This document shows, piece by piece, positions 1 through 8,083 of a stretch of 41,015 nucleotides of DNA. Source of the stretch: Desulfuromonadales bacterium (lineage in GTDB: Bacteria; Desulfobacterota; Desulfuromonadia; Desulfuromonadales; SZUA-540); the NCBI GenBank assembly GCA_033549025.1, contig JAWSUS010000027.1:1-41015 (forward strand), given 5' to 3'. Position 1 is the stretch's first letter, and the number at the start of each line of letters is the position of its first letter. Below the pieces are notes generated by a model that was given only the letters and a program-made list of their open reading frames with translations, ran no database searches and was not told the DNA's origin. Position numbers and translations under genes: made by a program.

Positions 1-8
1 TCGGTCAT
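1..8 (-). CDS. 5' end of a gene running off the window (M-T-...)
   Basis: Minus strand reads AAGGAGGTTGAAAATGACCGA: a strong Shine-Dalgarno followed by ATG at 8. It overlaps the 3' end of the ORF starting at 606. Confidence 0.5.
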
Positions 9-606
9 TTTCAACCTCCTTGGACATGGGAATATTATCCCAAATCAGTGTCCAAGAAAACTGGAGCCGCCCCAGAAGGGCTTGCTGATGATAGCTTTTT
101 GCTTCGAAGTTAAGGGTGTTGACCAGAAGATCAAGGAATTTGGCCATATGAGACTGCATTTCACTATTAGTGCTATGGACTAGTAGCTGTAATTGGTTAT
201 CAGATCCGATCATCAAGCCGATTTCTGCCGAAAGGAAATAAGGCAGGCATGCCTCGTATTTCTCAAAATGGGGGGTGCAGGTGGACACATCAAATACGCT
301 GTTGTCAGCCAGCAGGCTGCGCTCTTCAGGTAAAAGATGACAGTGCTCAGCTTCGCTCGGGGAGGGGTAAAAATGGACTGCCAGGCTGACATACTGGCTG
401 GAGTTCAAAGGTTCATCATCCTGCAGTCTAAGGAGGAACCCACCCTGGACGGAATCAAGCCAAAAATACCAAGCTGGCTCAGTTTTCCAGACCTGACTGA
501 TCCCCTTGAAGCCTACGGCGTTGCAAGCATCTTCATGCCAGGTCAGATAGCTGAAAGCATTTTCGATCAGGCTCCTGGTGGCGGCATACGGATCAATTCG
601 GCTCAT
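1..606 (-). CDS. hypothetical protein (>=202 aa, stop lies outside the window; absent from the ORF track)
   Basis: Manual translation from ATG at 606 (MSRIDPYAATRSLIENAFSYLTWHEDACNAVGFKGISQVWKTEPAWYFWLDSVQGGFLLRL...NIPMSKEVENDR) is open to position 1. The ATG overlaps the TGA of the upstream gene (ATGA at 606-603). Confidence 0.8.
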   Translation of the reverse strand, partial: MSRIDPYAATRSLIENAFSYLTWHEDACNAVGFKGISQVWKTEPAWYFWLDSVQGGFLLRLQDDEPLNSSQYVSLAVHFYPSPSEAEHCHLLPEERSLLADNSVFDVSTCTPHFEKYEACLPYFLSAEIGLMIGSDNQLQLLVHSTNSEMQSHMAKFLDLLVNTLNFEAKSYHQQALLGRLQFSWTLIWDNIPMSKEVENDR

Positions 607-899
607 ATTACCCCTCGCTGGTGTAATTCCCTGGCAATCTCTATGGTTTCAACACCTTCGTAAGCAATCCCATGGTCTCGGGCCATCTGCTCGAACATCT
701 CTCTTGGATAGGCCAAGGTCAGGGAATAACTCAGTTCGTAGGAATCAAAGAATTTCCCCGATGACATGCCCGTGCCGTCCATTGCTTGCCGGACGGAATC
801 GCCGACCTCCCCAAAGGTTTCTTTGAGACGATCAAAGTTTCTGAAGGCCGTGCGGAGCGTTTCTCCGAATGAGTCTTTAAAGAAGTCGCGACGATTCAT
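603..899 (-). CDS. small hypothetical protein (98 aa) with an N-terminal RRxFFK motif
   Basis: Start moved to ATG at 899 (MNRRDFFKDSFGETL...), which overlaps the TGA of the membrane-protein gene (ATGA). It has ATGA overlaps at both ends. Confidence 0.75.
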   Translation of the reverse strand: MNRRDFFKDSFGETLRTAFRNFDRLKETFGEVGDSVRQAMDGTGMSSGKFFDSYELSYSLTLAYPREMFEQMARDHGIAYEGVETIEIARELHQRGVI

Positions 900-2095
900 G
901 CTTTTTTCCGAATCAAAAAAGAGTTGAAAAATTTGTCGTAAACAAATATCAGACCCAGCGACATAAGCGTCCAAGCTAGAGAAGTCTCATCCATGTTGCC
1001 GATACCCGGGGTGCGATCATGGAACAGTGGCCCGATCGTCTCGCTATAGTAAAAAAAGTAGAGAGCCATCCCCGCCAGTGGAACAGCAAAAAGCCGTGCT
1101 ACCAGGTTCAGCCACTTCCTAGAAGTATCAATAACGTTGTTAAAAAACACCTTGAGAATGGTAAGGCTAAGCATGAAAAAGGCCGCTATCTCAGCAGTAT
1201 GCAGGTATCGAAAACGGGGATCATCGGTGTAATTACCGCCAGTGAACGGTTCAAACCAGTAGTAGTTCATGATTGCTTCGGCAATAGACATAAAGATGAA
1301 GCCCCCACCAACCGCGATTGCCAATACCGTAACAAAACTCCATAGTGACCCAGAATTTTCTCCACGAATCAGACTGAAGGGATAACTTTCGGCGCACTCC
1401 ACTAGGAACATAACCAGGAAGAGGCCCGCAAACATCCAGCCAAGATGATAGAACGCGCTGGCGGTCATAGCTAACTCTTCCCACCAGGGCGACACGCCGG
1501 CAAAGATCTGTTTCGGAACAAAAAGAGCGGTGATATGGGGATGAAACAAGATCGCGTAGAGGAGAATGGCAATAAAAGCGGTCGTAAAAAATTTGCTGGT
1601 GCCGATGATCCGACGCTTCAATAAGCCATCCCATGGAGCATTTCCCATGCCTGCGTTCCAGAGGTATGAAATCCAGATAAGTGCCGTAGCAAGATAGAGA
1701 ATTGCCAGCGACGAGTTCTCGCGGGCGTTCCACATCTCGAGACCGGTTCCCTCAGAGGCGGTCAGAGCCTGAGGACTGAAGTAGGTGACGCCGAGTCGGC
1801 CCAGGAAACTCCAGAAAAATCCGTAATAGATTATGAAGAAAATGAGACTCGTTCCGGCAAGCAGCATGATTCCTCGACCGATCCTGTTCTCTTCGTTCCT
1901 GTAGCCGTAAACATCGGCAATGAGGATGATCGCATAGAAAAACATGGCTATCAGGGAGAGACCGTAAAATGGGGTGAATAGCTTGAACACCCCGTTGGAT
2001 GGCGCAAAAAATAGCCTCCAAAGGGCAAAATTAATGGCGATCATGATCACAAAGGCAATCAGGCCACGCAAATAATTATTTTTATAAGTAGTCAT
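896..2095 (-). CDS. polytopic inner-membrane protein, putative permease of unknown family (about 10-11 TM segments)
   Basis: About 400 aa of alternating hydrophobic helices and short loops, with aromatic/Pro motifs (LFTPFYG, NAPW, SPWWEE, SYPF). GAGGTG RBS upstream of the ATG at 2095. Confidence 0.75.
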   Translation of the reverse strand: MTTYKNNYLRGLIAFVIMIAINFALWRLFFAPSNGVFKLFTPFYGLSLIAMFFYAIILIADVYGYRNEENRIGRGIMLLAGTSLIFFIIYYGFFWSFLGRLGVTYFSPQALTASEGTGLEMWNARENSSLAILYLATALIWISYLWNAGMGNAPWDGLLKRRIIGTSKFFTTAFIAILLYAILFHPHITALFVPKQIFAGVSPWWEELAMTASAFYHLGWMFAGLFLVMFLVECAESYPFSLIRGENSGSLWSFVTVLAIAVGGGFIFMSIAEAIMNYYWFEPFTGGNYTDDPRFRYLHTAEIAAFFMLSLTILKVFFNNVIDTSRKWLNLVARLFAVPLAGMALYFFYYSETIGPLFHDRTPGIGNMDETSLAWTLMSLGLIFVYDKFFNSFLIRKKA

Positions 2096-2117
2096 CACGA
2101 CACCTCACTGGAGATGC

Positions 2118-2157
2118 AAAAGGCCCGACGCAATGGAAAAGGACATCGCGTCGGGCC
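2118..2157 (-). terminator. intra-operon stem-loop, terminator-like or mRNA-stabilising
   Basis: GGCCCGACGCAATG (2122-2135) pairs with CATCGCGTCGGGCC (2144-2157) and is followed by a short U run on the minus strand, directly after the MBL gene stop. Confidence 0.55.
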
Positions 2158-2162
2158 CGTCA

Positions 2163-3227
2163 TCAAAATACGACCGTATCACCGTTAGTCAGAAAGACAT
2201 TGTTGTCTTTGGCGACAGCTGACTGTCGAGGATAAGATTTGAAGGTATCGGTCCCCTTGACGATGGGCAGGCCGGCTTTTGCGGCGTTCTCGGCCCAGAT
2301 CCAGCCGGTGCAGTGATTACAACCCATCTTCGTCGGATTGAAAGCCTTGGCGCCCTTGATGATATCGTCGAACTTCGGATCCCAGTTCTCGAACAAGGAG
2401 ATGTGCAGCCCGCCGTAACACCCGTAGATCTTTTCCCCCCCCTTGATTTCCCGCCGTGCTGTTGAATACAGAGTCAGAAGACCAGGGTGGCAGCAGCCTG
2501 TCACGGTTACAATGCCTTTATCCTTGATGTTAGCGTAAATAACGCTTTCGCCGCGCACCCGCAGCAGGATCGGCACATCGAAATTTTTGACGGCCACACC
2601 GGGATAGAGTTTATAGAATTCTTTGGGATTGGTCTTGACCAATTTGCCCTTGAAAGGAACGTCGTTTTTCGCCAACAGAACACCCTTCGCTTCTAGCTTG
2701 CCACCGTACAGAAGTTTTTCGTCTTCGGGATACATGGTTTCCGGGCCATAGATGGTGATTTTGTCATTGTGCTTTAGGGTCGACTCAATCCCCCAAAAAT
2801 GATCCAGATGCCAATGACTCTGCACCATGGTGTTGATTTCTCCGCTCGCGAGCATCTTGTCAACACCGTGACGATTGAAGACATAATCCATCCATTCGTT
2901 GTTCCAGCCGGTGTCGAGCAATAGCTTGTTGACGGTGCCGTCAAGTTGCTCAATTTCAAGCAGAGCTGAATAGCCTCCAGAGTTTTTCGGATCCCAGGGG
3001 ATATCGTATTGATTGGTGCTAGCCCCACCGTAATTGGTGATATCTGCTTTGAACTGGTCGTTGTTAAACCAGCTTGTTTCCGAAAGCACGGTTATTTTTA
3101 AGCTTTTGCATTCGCCTATGTCCTCCTTGCTGCGAGCAAATACCTTGCTCGGTGTGGCCAATGTTCCTGCGGCAGTTACGCCTGCTGCTGTTGCTCCCAG
3201 AGCCTTGAGAAAATTGCGTCTTTTCAT
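2163..3227 (-). CDS. Tat-signal metallo-beta-lactamase-fold protein (COG1237 / DHPS-like MBL family)
   Basis: Start at ATG 3227 after AAGGAGGA. Signal MKRRNFLKALGATAAGVTAAG...VFA. Motifs LLDTG, SHWHLDH (HxHxDH), TGCCHPG, GGLH and CNHCTG are typical of the COG1237 MBL subfamily. Confidence 0.85.
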   Translation of the reverse strand: MKRRNFLKALGATAAGVTAAGTLATPSKVFARSKEDIGECKSLKITVLSETSWFNNDQFKADITNYGGASTNQYDIPWDPKNSGGYSALLEIEQLDGTVNKLLLDTGWNNEWMDYVFNRHGVDKMLASGEINTMVQSHWHLDHFWGIESTLKHNDKITIYGPETMYPEDEKLLYGGKLEAKGVLLAKNDVPFKGKLVKTNPKEFYKLYPGVAVKNFDVPILLRVRGESVIYANIKDKGIVTVTGCCHPGLLTLYSTARREIKGGEKIYGCYGGLHISLFENWDPKFDDIIKGAKAFNPTKMGCNHCTGWIWAENAAKAGLPIVKGTDTFKSYPRQSAVAKDNNVFLTNGDTVVF

Positions 3228-3379
3228 GCCGTCCTCCTTCTTGTCGGGTTCAATTCCCCCTGCTTTTTTGCAGGAGAGCCAAATCGAGATGGGTTCCAAC
3301 TTTAGAGTCTGTTTTGCTCGATCTTTCTGGTTTCAGGACAGGGCATAGGCCGGGACAAAAAACCTGCCCGCTAGTCGTT

Positions 3380-4057
3380 TTAAAAAATAATCGACTGCTG
3401 GTATTTCAGGAATAGCTCTGTGGCAATCCGGTTTATGCGCTCACAGGTCTCCTTGGCACCACTTGAGTCCACTTTCTTGAGCAACTGAAAAAGGCTGGCA
3501 TGCTCTGAGAACAGGCCATTTCTTTCCTGCTTTGTCGCGCGTTGAAAAACCGTATTGGTGTAGCTGAGAGGTATTCGCAACTCGTTCAATATGCGAATAA
3601 ATTCCCGGTTAGGACAATGTCCATGGAGGATTTTGAAGAATTCACGGTGAAGGCGAACTGCTTTTTTGACATCGTGCCCAACCATTGCTCCGCCCAGTGC
3701 AACGAGGCAGGACTCTAATTGATTGATGCCCTCTAAAGCCATGTTTTCGGCACAAAGTGCGACAACATGAGGCTCCACATGGCGGCGAACTTCCATGACA
3801 TCACATATCCGCCTGATACTCCAACCGGTGTCCTGACCGGCGACCGCCTGCTCCAAGGCAAACTGGGACGCTAGAAAATAGCCGCTGCCCTGCTTGACTG
3901 CCAGGATGCGCCGAGATTGTATTTCCTTCAGTGCATTGCGAATACTTGTTCGGCTAATGCCGCAGGTTTCCGCCAATGCCCTTTCGGAAGGAAGCCGCTC
4001 TCCTTCTTCCAGGGCCATTGCTTCAACCTTTTTTAACACAAGATCGACAACCGTCAT
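3380..4057 (-). CDS. GntR-family (FadR subfamily) transcriptional regulator with FCD domain
   Basis: GERLPSERALAETCGISRTSIRNALKEI...KQGSGYF winged HTH, followed by a helical FCD domain (EVRRHVEP, LHREFF, EHASLFQ). Probable start MTVVDLV at 4057. Confidence 0.9.
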   Translation of the reverse strand: MTVVDLVLKKVEAMALEEGERLPSERALAETCGISRTSIRNALKEIQSRRILAVKQGSGYFLASQFALEQAVAGQDTGWSIRRICDVMEVRRHVEPHVVALCAENMALEGINQLESCLVALGGAMVGHDVKKAVRLHREFFKILHGHCPNREFIRILNELRIPLSYTNTVFQRATKQERNGLFSEHASLFQLLKKVDSSGAKETCERINRIATELFLKYQQSIIF

Positions 4058-4080
4058 TCTATTTCCACACTTTCTACATG

Positions 4081-4097
4081 AATTGGTATCACCACAA
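4081..4097. promoter_or_regulatory. imperfect FadR-subfamily (PdhR/LldR-type) operator
   Basis: AATTGGTATCACCACAA, about 25 bp upstream of the GntR start. The left half matches AATTGGTnnnACCAATT exactly. Confidence 0.55.
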
Positions 4098-4175
4098 ATA
4101 CCCCAAAATGCCATATATGCGCAAGAAGAAATTCATAACGGCGTTTTATGTTAAATTATCACAAAATTGCACCAC

Positions 4176-4192
4176 AATTGGTGGTACCAATT
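4176..4192. promoter_or_regulatory. perfect FadR-subfamily (PdhR/LldR-type) operator palindrome
   Basis: AATTGGTGGTACCAATT matches AATTGGTnnnACCAATT, in the AT-rich intergenic region upstream of the GntR gene. Confidence 0.75.
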
Positions 4193-4368
4193 TAAAGCCT
4201 GACTCTTATCTATCGCTGAATTTTGCTTGAAAAAGAAAATGCCTGACGAGCACGTATGCCCGGAATGATACGATTCAAAAAAGTGGAACCGGCAAGATTT
4301 CAATTTTGGGGAATGGCATGGGACACCAGACATGAAATCTGGCTCAAAGAAAAGAGTAAGGTTGGATT

Positions 4369-5610
4369 TCAGCGGGACTTTATCTGTTTCAGACGTTGGT
4401 GAAAGGCGGTTGCGATTTTGGTGACATTGCAAACCTGATGCTCGCTGAAAGCATGCTTCCGTCCTGAACAAAAAATCAGAACGGTACGCATGGCCCCCCT
4501 GATGTATAAAGCTTTTGCGATGTAGGAATGAACGCCATGGGGAACAAACAGTGCCCAATCAATGGCCTTGATGCTAGCATGCGTATCGTCGACGATAAGG
4601 TACTCGAGTTTTTCCTTCTCTATGTTTTCGGCGATGGTTCCACTGTAAGGGAATTGGCACCCGGGTTCAAGCGTGCGAAATAGAGAGCCATGGGCATGAA
4701 CAAAGACGCTGTTTTTTCGGGCATGAATGTCCGAATACATGACAGCGTCAAGCCCAGGCAAAAGGTCCCTTTTCTCGAAAACGGCTGCAAGCATTTCCTC
4801 AACCGAATGGAGTTCCTCGAATCTCTTACATAGATTATCGATCTTGGCAGAACTTTTCTGAACCGGTTGATTCGAGTCATCAGTAGCCATATCTTTCTCG
4901 ACTTCCATAATGCTGACCCGTATCAACTCGTCTCCTTGGAAATTGAAACCTTCAAGAAAACACAGTGCCTGCATCTTGCGCTCTCCCGGAAGTGACAGGA
5001 AGAGTGCTTCTTTCAATCGCCCCTCCAAAAGGAGTCGTTCCTCTAAAATTGGGAGTTTTACTTCGGCGGAAATGAGATTCTCCAGAAAATATTTTTTCCT
5101 GGATGAGTTTGGGATATTGGCAAGGCTCGAAAAGGCTTGGTTAAATCTGATCAAGCGATTATCGGTTTTGCGGAAAATGGCGACTGGATAATCGTCCAAG
5201 TCAACTGAATAAAGTCGCCTGTTTCGTTTGTTGAATATTCTCTGCAGATGCGCAATATGTTCGGAAATCTCTTCGACCGCACCCTCGTAATATCGGTGGC
5301 TACCAATCGGCCATCCGGTTAGCTTGAACCAGCGCATTGTCAACGTGCCTTTAATGCGGAATATTACGCTTACTGGAAGGCGCTGCTTGATATCAGCGAT
5401 GGCATTGTTGAGCGCTGCCAGATCTTGTGGCAGAACCAGGGCTTCACGGTAATTCCGGTCTTTGAAAAAACGATAGTTTTCCTTTTCTAATCCTCCCCTT
5501 GAATGGTCATTGATGTTTGTAAAACTTTGCTTTATGAGGTCCATTCTCCAGAACAGAATGGGTACGGATTGGAGATTGGGAGATTTCTGATCATATTCTG
5601 ATTCCGGCAT
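4369..5610 (-). CDS. PAS-like/GAF domain sensor protein with no recognisable output domain
   Basis: C-terminal GAF signature (YLIVDDT...GVHSYIAKALYIRGAMRTVLIFCSGRKHAFSEHQV). PAS-like segments upstream (LVLPQDLAAL...SVIFRI; YPVAIF...LIRFNQAFSSL). The protein ends just after the GAF. Confidence 0.7.
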   Translation of the reverse strand: MPESEYDQKSPNLQSVPILFWRMDLIKQSFTNINDHSRGGLEKENYRFFKDRNYREALVLPQDLAALNNAIADIKQRLPVSVIFRIKGTLTMRWFKLTGWPIGSHRYYEGAVEEISEHIAHLQRIFNKRNRRLYSVDLDDYPVAIFRKTDNRLIRFNQAFSSLANIPNSSRKKYFLENLISAEVKLPILEERLLLEGRLKEALFLSLPGERKMQALCFLEGFNFQGDELIRVSIMEVEKDMATDDSNQPVQKSSAKIDNLCKRFEELHSVEEMLAAVFEKRDLLPGLDAVMYSDIHARKNSVFVHAHGSLFRTLEPGCQFPYSGTIAENIEKEKLEYLIVDDTHASIKAIDWALFVPHGVHSYIAKALYIRGAMRTVLIFCSGRKHAFSEHQVCNVTKIATAFHQRLKQIKSR

Positions 5611-5944
5611 AGCGCATCCGACTAGAAAATATTAGGGTAATGGTTCTCGGATCAGAAAATTATGATCTCCTGCCGATTCATCAGTCGGGTTAGGCTCGCG
5701 CCAGATCCCCTTGGCAGAAAATGGAATGGGGGATCAGGATGCGATTTATATTTTGTATTAGTTTCCTTTTATCGTGTCAACCTTTTCCATTTTCTCGCAT
5801 CTTCACTTTAGATCTTTCGGTGCATTCGAAAGACGGCTACTAGCGTGCCCCAAAATCCTGCGCCAGTTACAATCTGGCAGAAACTACGCCCCAGATTTGC
5901 CGTTTATGCGCTTTCTTGCAATCTACGAAATCTCCGACAGACAG

Positions 5945-5976
5945 AAGCCCAACCTGATATCGCCAAGTTGGGCTTT
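5945..5976. terminator. stem-loop, possible terminator
   Basis: AAGCCCAAC (5945-5953) pairs with GTTGGGCTT (5967-5975), followed by T residues. Confidence 0.4.
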
Positions 5977-6183
5977 CTCACATCTTGTCCTACACCTAGG
6001 TCTTACATCAACTAGAACTTTTTAGCCACACCAAGGAGGTTAACCACCATGGCAATAATAGGTGGTCGGGTTTCATGTGATAACGGGTGGATGGGTTTTG
6101 GCAATTTTGAGTGGAGGGTTTTCCTTAAGAACAGGTGGCGGGTTTCGCTGATAATAAGCATTATCCACCAACCGGAAAAAACC

Positions 6184-6222
6184 AAAAAAAATGCCCCTTC
6201 CGGAGAAGGAGCAAAGGGGCAT
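6184..6222 (-). terminator. rho-independent terminator of the beta-oxidation operon
   Basis: ATGCCCCTT...AAGGGGCAT stem preceded by an A8 run on the plus strand (U tract on minus), downstream of the CoA-transferase beta gene. Confidence 0.75.
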
Positions 6223-6276
6223 GGGCTGGCCAGGCGCCGGTAATCAGTGGGCGCCCCGGCAGGCCATCGCGTCAAC

Positions 6277-7092
6277 TTATTTTTTGGTTTTCGGGATGAA
6301 AATCTCGTCGGGATCGAGGACGTCGTGGATGAGGCGCAGGTCTTCCCGGGTCGGCACCGCCGTTTCGCCCTTGACCCGCGACACGTCGAGATCGAACTGA
6401 CACTGCTCCTGAATCTGGGCCGGCGTGCTGCCGGGGTGACAGGTGTCGAGATACATGTGGCCGTCCTCCTCGTCAAAGCGGAACACGCCCAGGGTGCTGA
6501 TAATGGCCGAAGGGCCGCCACGGTAGGCGGCGCCGTACAGTTCGCGCCGGTGCACAAACTCGCCGCCGGGCCATTTCTTCACGCGCCAGCCGGGGCTGGT
6601 GATGTAGCTCACCTTTTCGACAAAGCGGCGCTTTTCGTGAACCATGATGAAGACGGTGCGGCTGGCGAAGGAGTTGATGTCGGGGTTGCCGCCACTGCCG
6701 GTCAGACGCAGTTCGGGATCGAGATAATCGCCGATGCAGGTGGTGTTGACGTTGCCGTACTGGTCGACTTCGGCGCCGCCGAGAAAGCCGAGATCGACGT
6801 AGCCGCGCTGGGCGATACTGAAGGCGTCGTAGAGGCCGGAGGCACGGGAAGCACCCATTTCGCAGCGGGCGTCGCCGACGGAGGTGGGGATTTCCGGCGG
6901 ACGGCCGTCGAGGGTGCCGGCCTCGAAGATCAGCTTCAGGTTGGGGGCATGGGTCTGCTGGGCCAGCATGATGGCGACCATGGGCAGGCCCGTGCCGGCA
7001 AAGACGATTTCGTTATCCTGCACCTCATGGGCGGCGGCACAGCACAGCAGGTCGGCCAGCCCGTATTCGTCGGGGGATGCAAAGTCGCTCAT
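6277..7092 (-). CDS. family I CoA-transferase beta subunit (glutaconate CoA-transferase GctB-like)
   Basis: FAGTGLP, LIFEAG (catalytic Glu), GFLGGAEVDQYGNVN and RLTGSGG motifs. Confidence 0.9.
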   Translation of the reverse strand: MSDFASPDEYGLADLLCCAAAHEVQDNEIVFAGTGLPMVAIMLAQQTHAPNLKLIFEAGTLDGRPPEIPTSVGDARCEMGASRASGLYDAFSIAQRGYVDLGFLGGAEVDQYGNVNTTCIGDYLDPELRLTGSGGNPDINSFASRTVFIMVHEKRRFVEKVSYITSPGWRVKKWPGGEFVHRRELYGAAYRGGPSAIISTLGVFRFDEEDGHMYLDTCHPGSTPAQIQEQCQFDLDVSRVKGETAVPTREDLRLIHDVLDPDEIFIPKTKK

Positions 7093-7093
7093 A

Positions 7094-8062
7094 TCAATTC
7101 CCTCCCTTCTTCTCGCGCGGGCTGTAATTCATGGCGGTGTTGGCGCGAAGTTTGAGCATGCGCGCCCACCCGAGTTTTTCCAGATAGCCCGTGTGATCCA
7201 GGCCATGGATCCATTCCTTGGCAAAGGCGTCGAAACCCTCCTGGGTGCGGGTGCCGTTGTAGAAATTCTTCAGAAAAGCCCCGTCCACGTCGTACCGGCC
7301 GAACATGCCGGTAGGATGGGCGCCAAAGGGGCACTCGACGATGTAGTCGACCTCGAAACTGGGGATGGTGTTCTGGTCGGCGTGGCGGCGCAGGTACTCC
7401 TCCGGCACGATCTCTTCAGCCACGGCGATGGTGATGTCGGCGGCGCGGGCGGCCTCCGGGTCGGAATAGTACTGGCCGCTGACCCGCACGGTCCCCTCTT
7501 CCCCCACCTGCTGCACGCAGAGCAGGGCTACGTCGATCTTCACCGCCGGCACCTGGACCAGCTGACCGCCGTCGAAGAAGGGATCCTCGGTGAAGAGATA
7601 CTTGTGTTTGGCGATGCGCTTGCCGTCGCGACGGCCCGCCTTGCCGAGGGTGTCGTAGGCGGGATTATGGATGTCCGTACCCAGAGAGGTCTGCGTCACC
7701 GCATAGGGTGCTCCGGCCGCGGCGGCGGCGAAACGGAACATCATCTCGGCGTGGCTGTAGTCCTCGACGAGGATCTGCTTCTCGGCCACCTTGCGCGACA
7801 GGTTGGCGCCGTACTTGCCGTAGAGTTCGTGCCCCACCCAGCAGGATTCCCAGATATCCACGCAACCCGCCCCCACCAGAAATTCCGTCTGCGGCCCGCC
7901 GTTGACCTCGATGAGGTGCAGGTTTCTGCGCTGCTGCCGAATCAGTTCAAAGACAACAGCGAAGGGTCGGCGCCAGATGGTGAAGCCGGAGAAGGTCAGG
8001 CTGGAGCCGTCTTTGATGATTTCGGCGGCCTGCTGTACCGTGATGCGCTTGCTTTTGCTCAT
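7094..8062 (-). CDS. family I CoA-transferase alpha subunit (GctA-like)
   Basis: IKDGSSLTFSGF, ELIRQ, FAAAAAGAPY, VAEEIVP and CPFGAHP motifs. Adjacent to the beta subunit gene. Confidence 0.9.
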   Translation of the reverse strand: MSKSKRITVQQAAEIIKDGSSLTFSGFTIWRRPFAVVFELIRQQRRNLHLIEVNGGPQTEFLVGAGCVDIWESCWVGHELYGKYGANLSRKVAEKQILVEDYSHAEMMFRFAAAAAGAPYAVTQTSLGTDIHNPAYDTLGKAGRRDGKRIAKHKYLFTEDPFFDGGQLVQVPAVKIDVALLCVQQVGEEGTVRVSGQYYSDPEAARAADITIAVAEEIVPEEYLRRHADQNTIPSFEVDYIVECPFGAHPTGMFGRYDVDGAFLKNFYNGTRTQEGFDAFAKEWIHGLDHTGYLEKLGWARMLKLRANTAMNYSPREKKGGN

Positions 8063-8083
8063 AGTTCCCCTCCGTAAGGTGAT

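Noticed and set aside
337..663. 108-aa plus-strand ORF
   Set aside because: It lies antisense to the longer, translationally coupled minus-strand ORF starting at 606.
5673..5690. CTGATGA on the minus strand upstream of the GAF gene, resembling a hammerhead core
   Set aside because: There is no stem II followed by GAAA; it is just the loop of a small hairpin.
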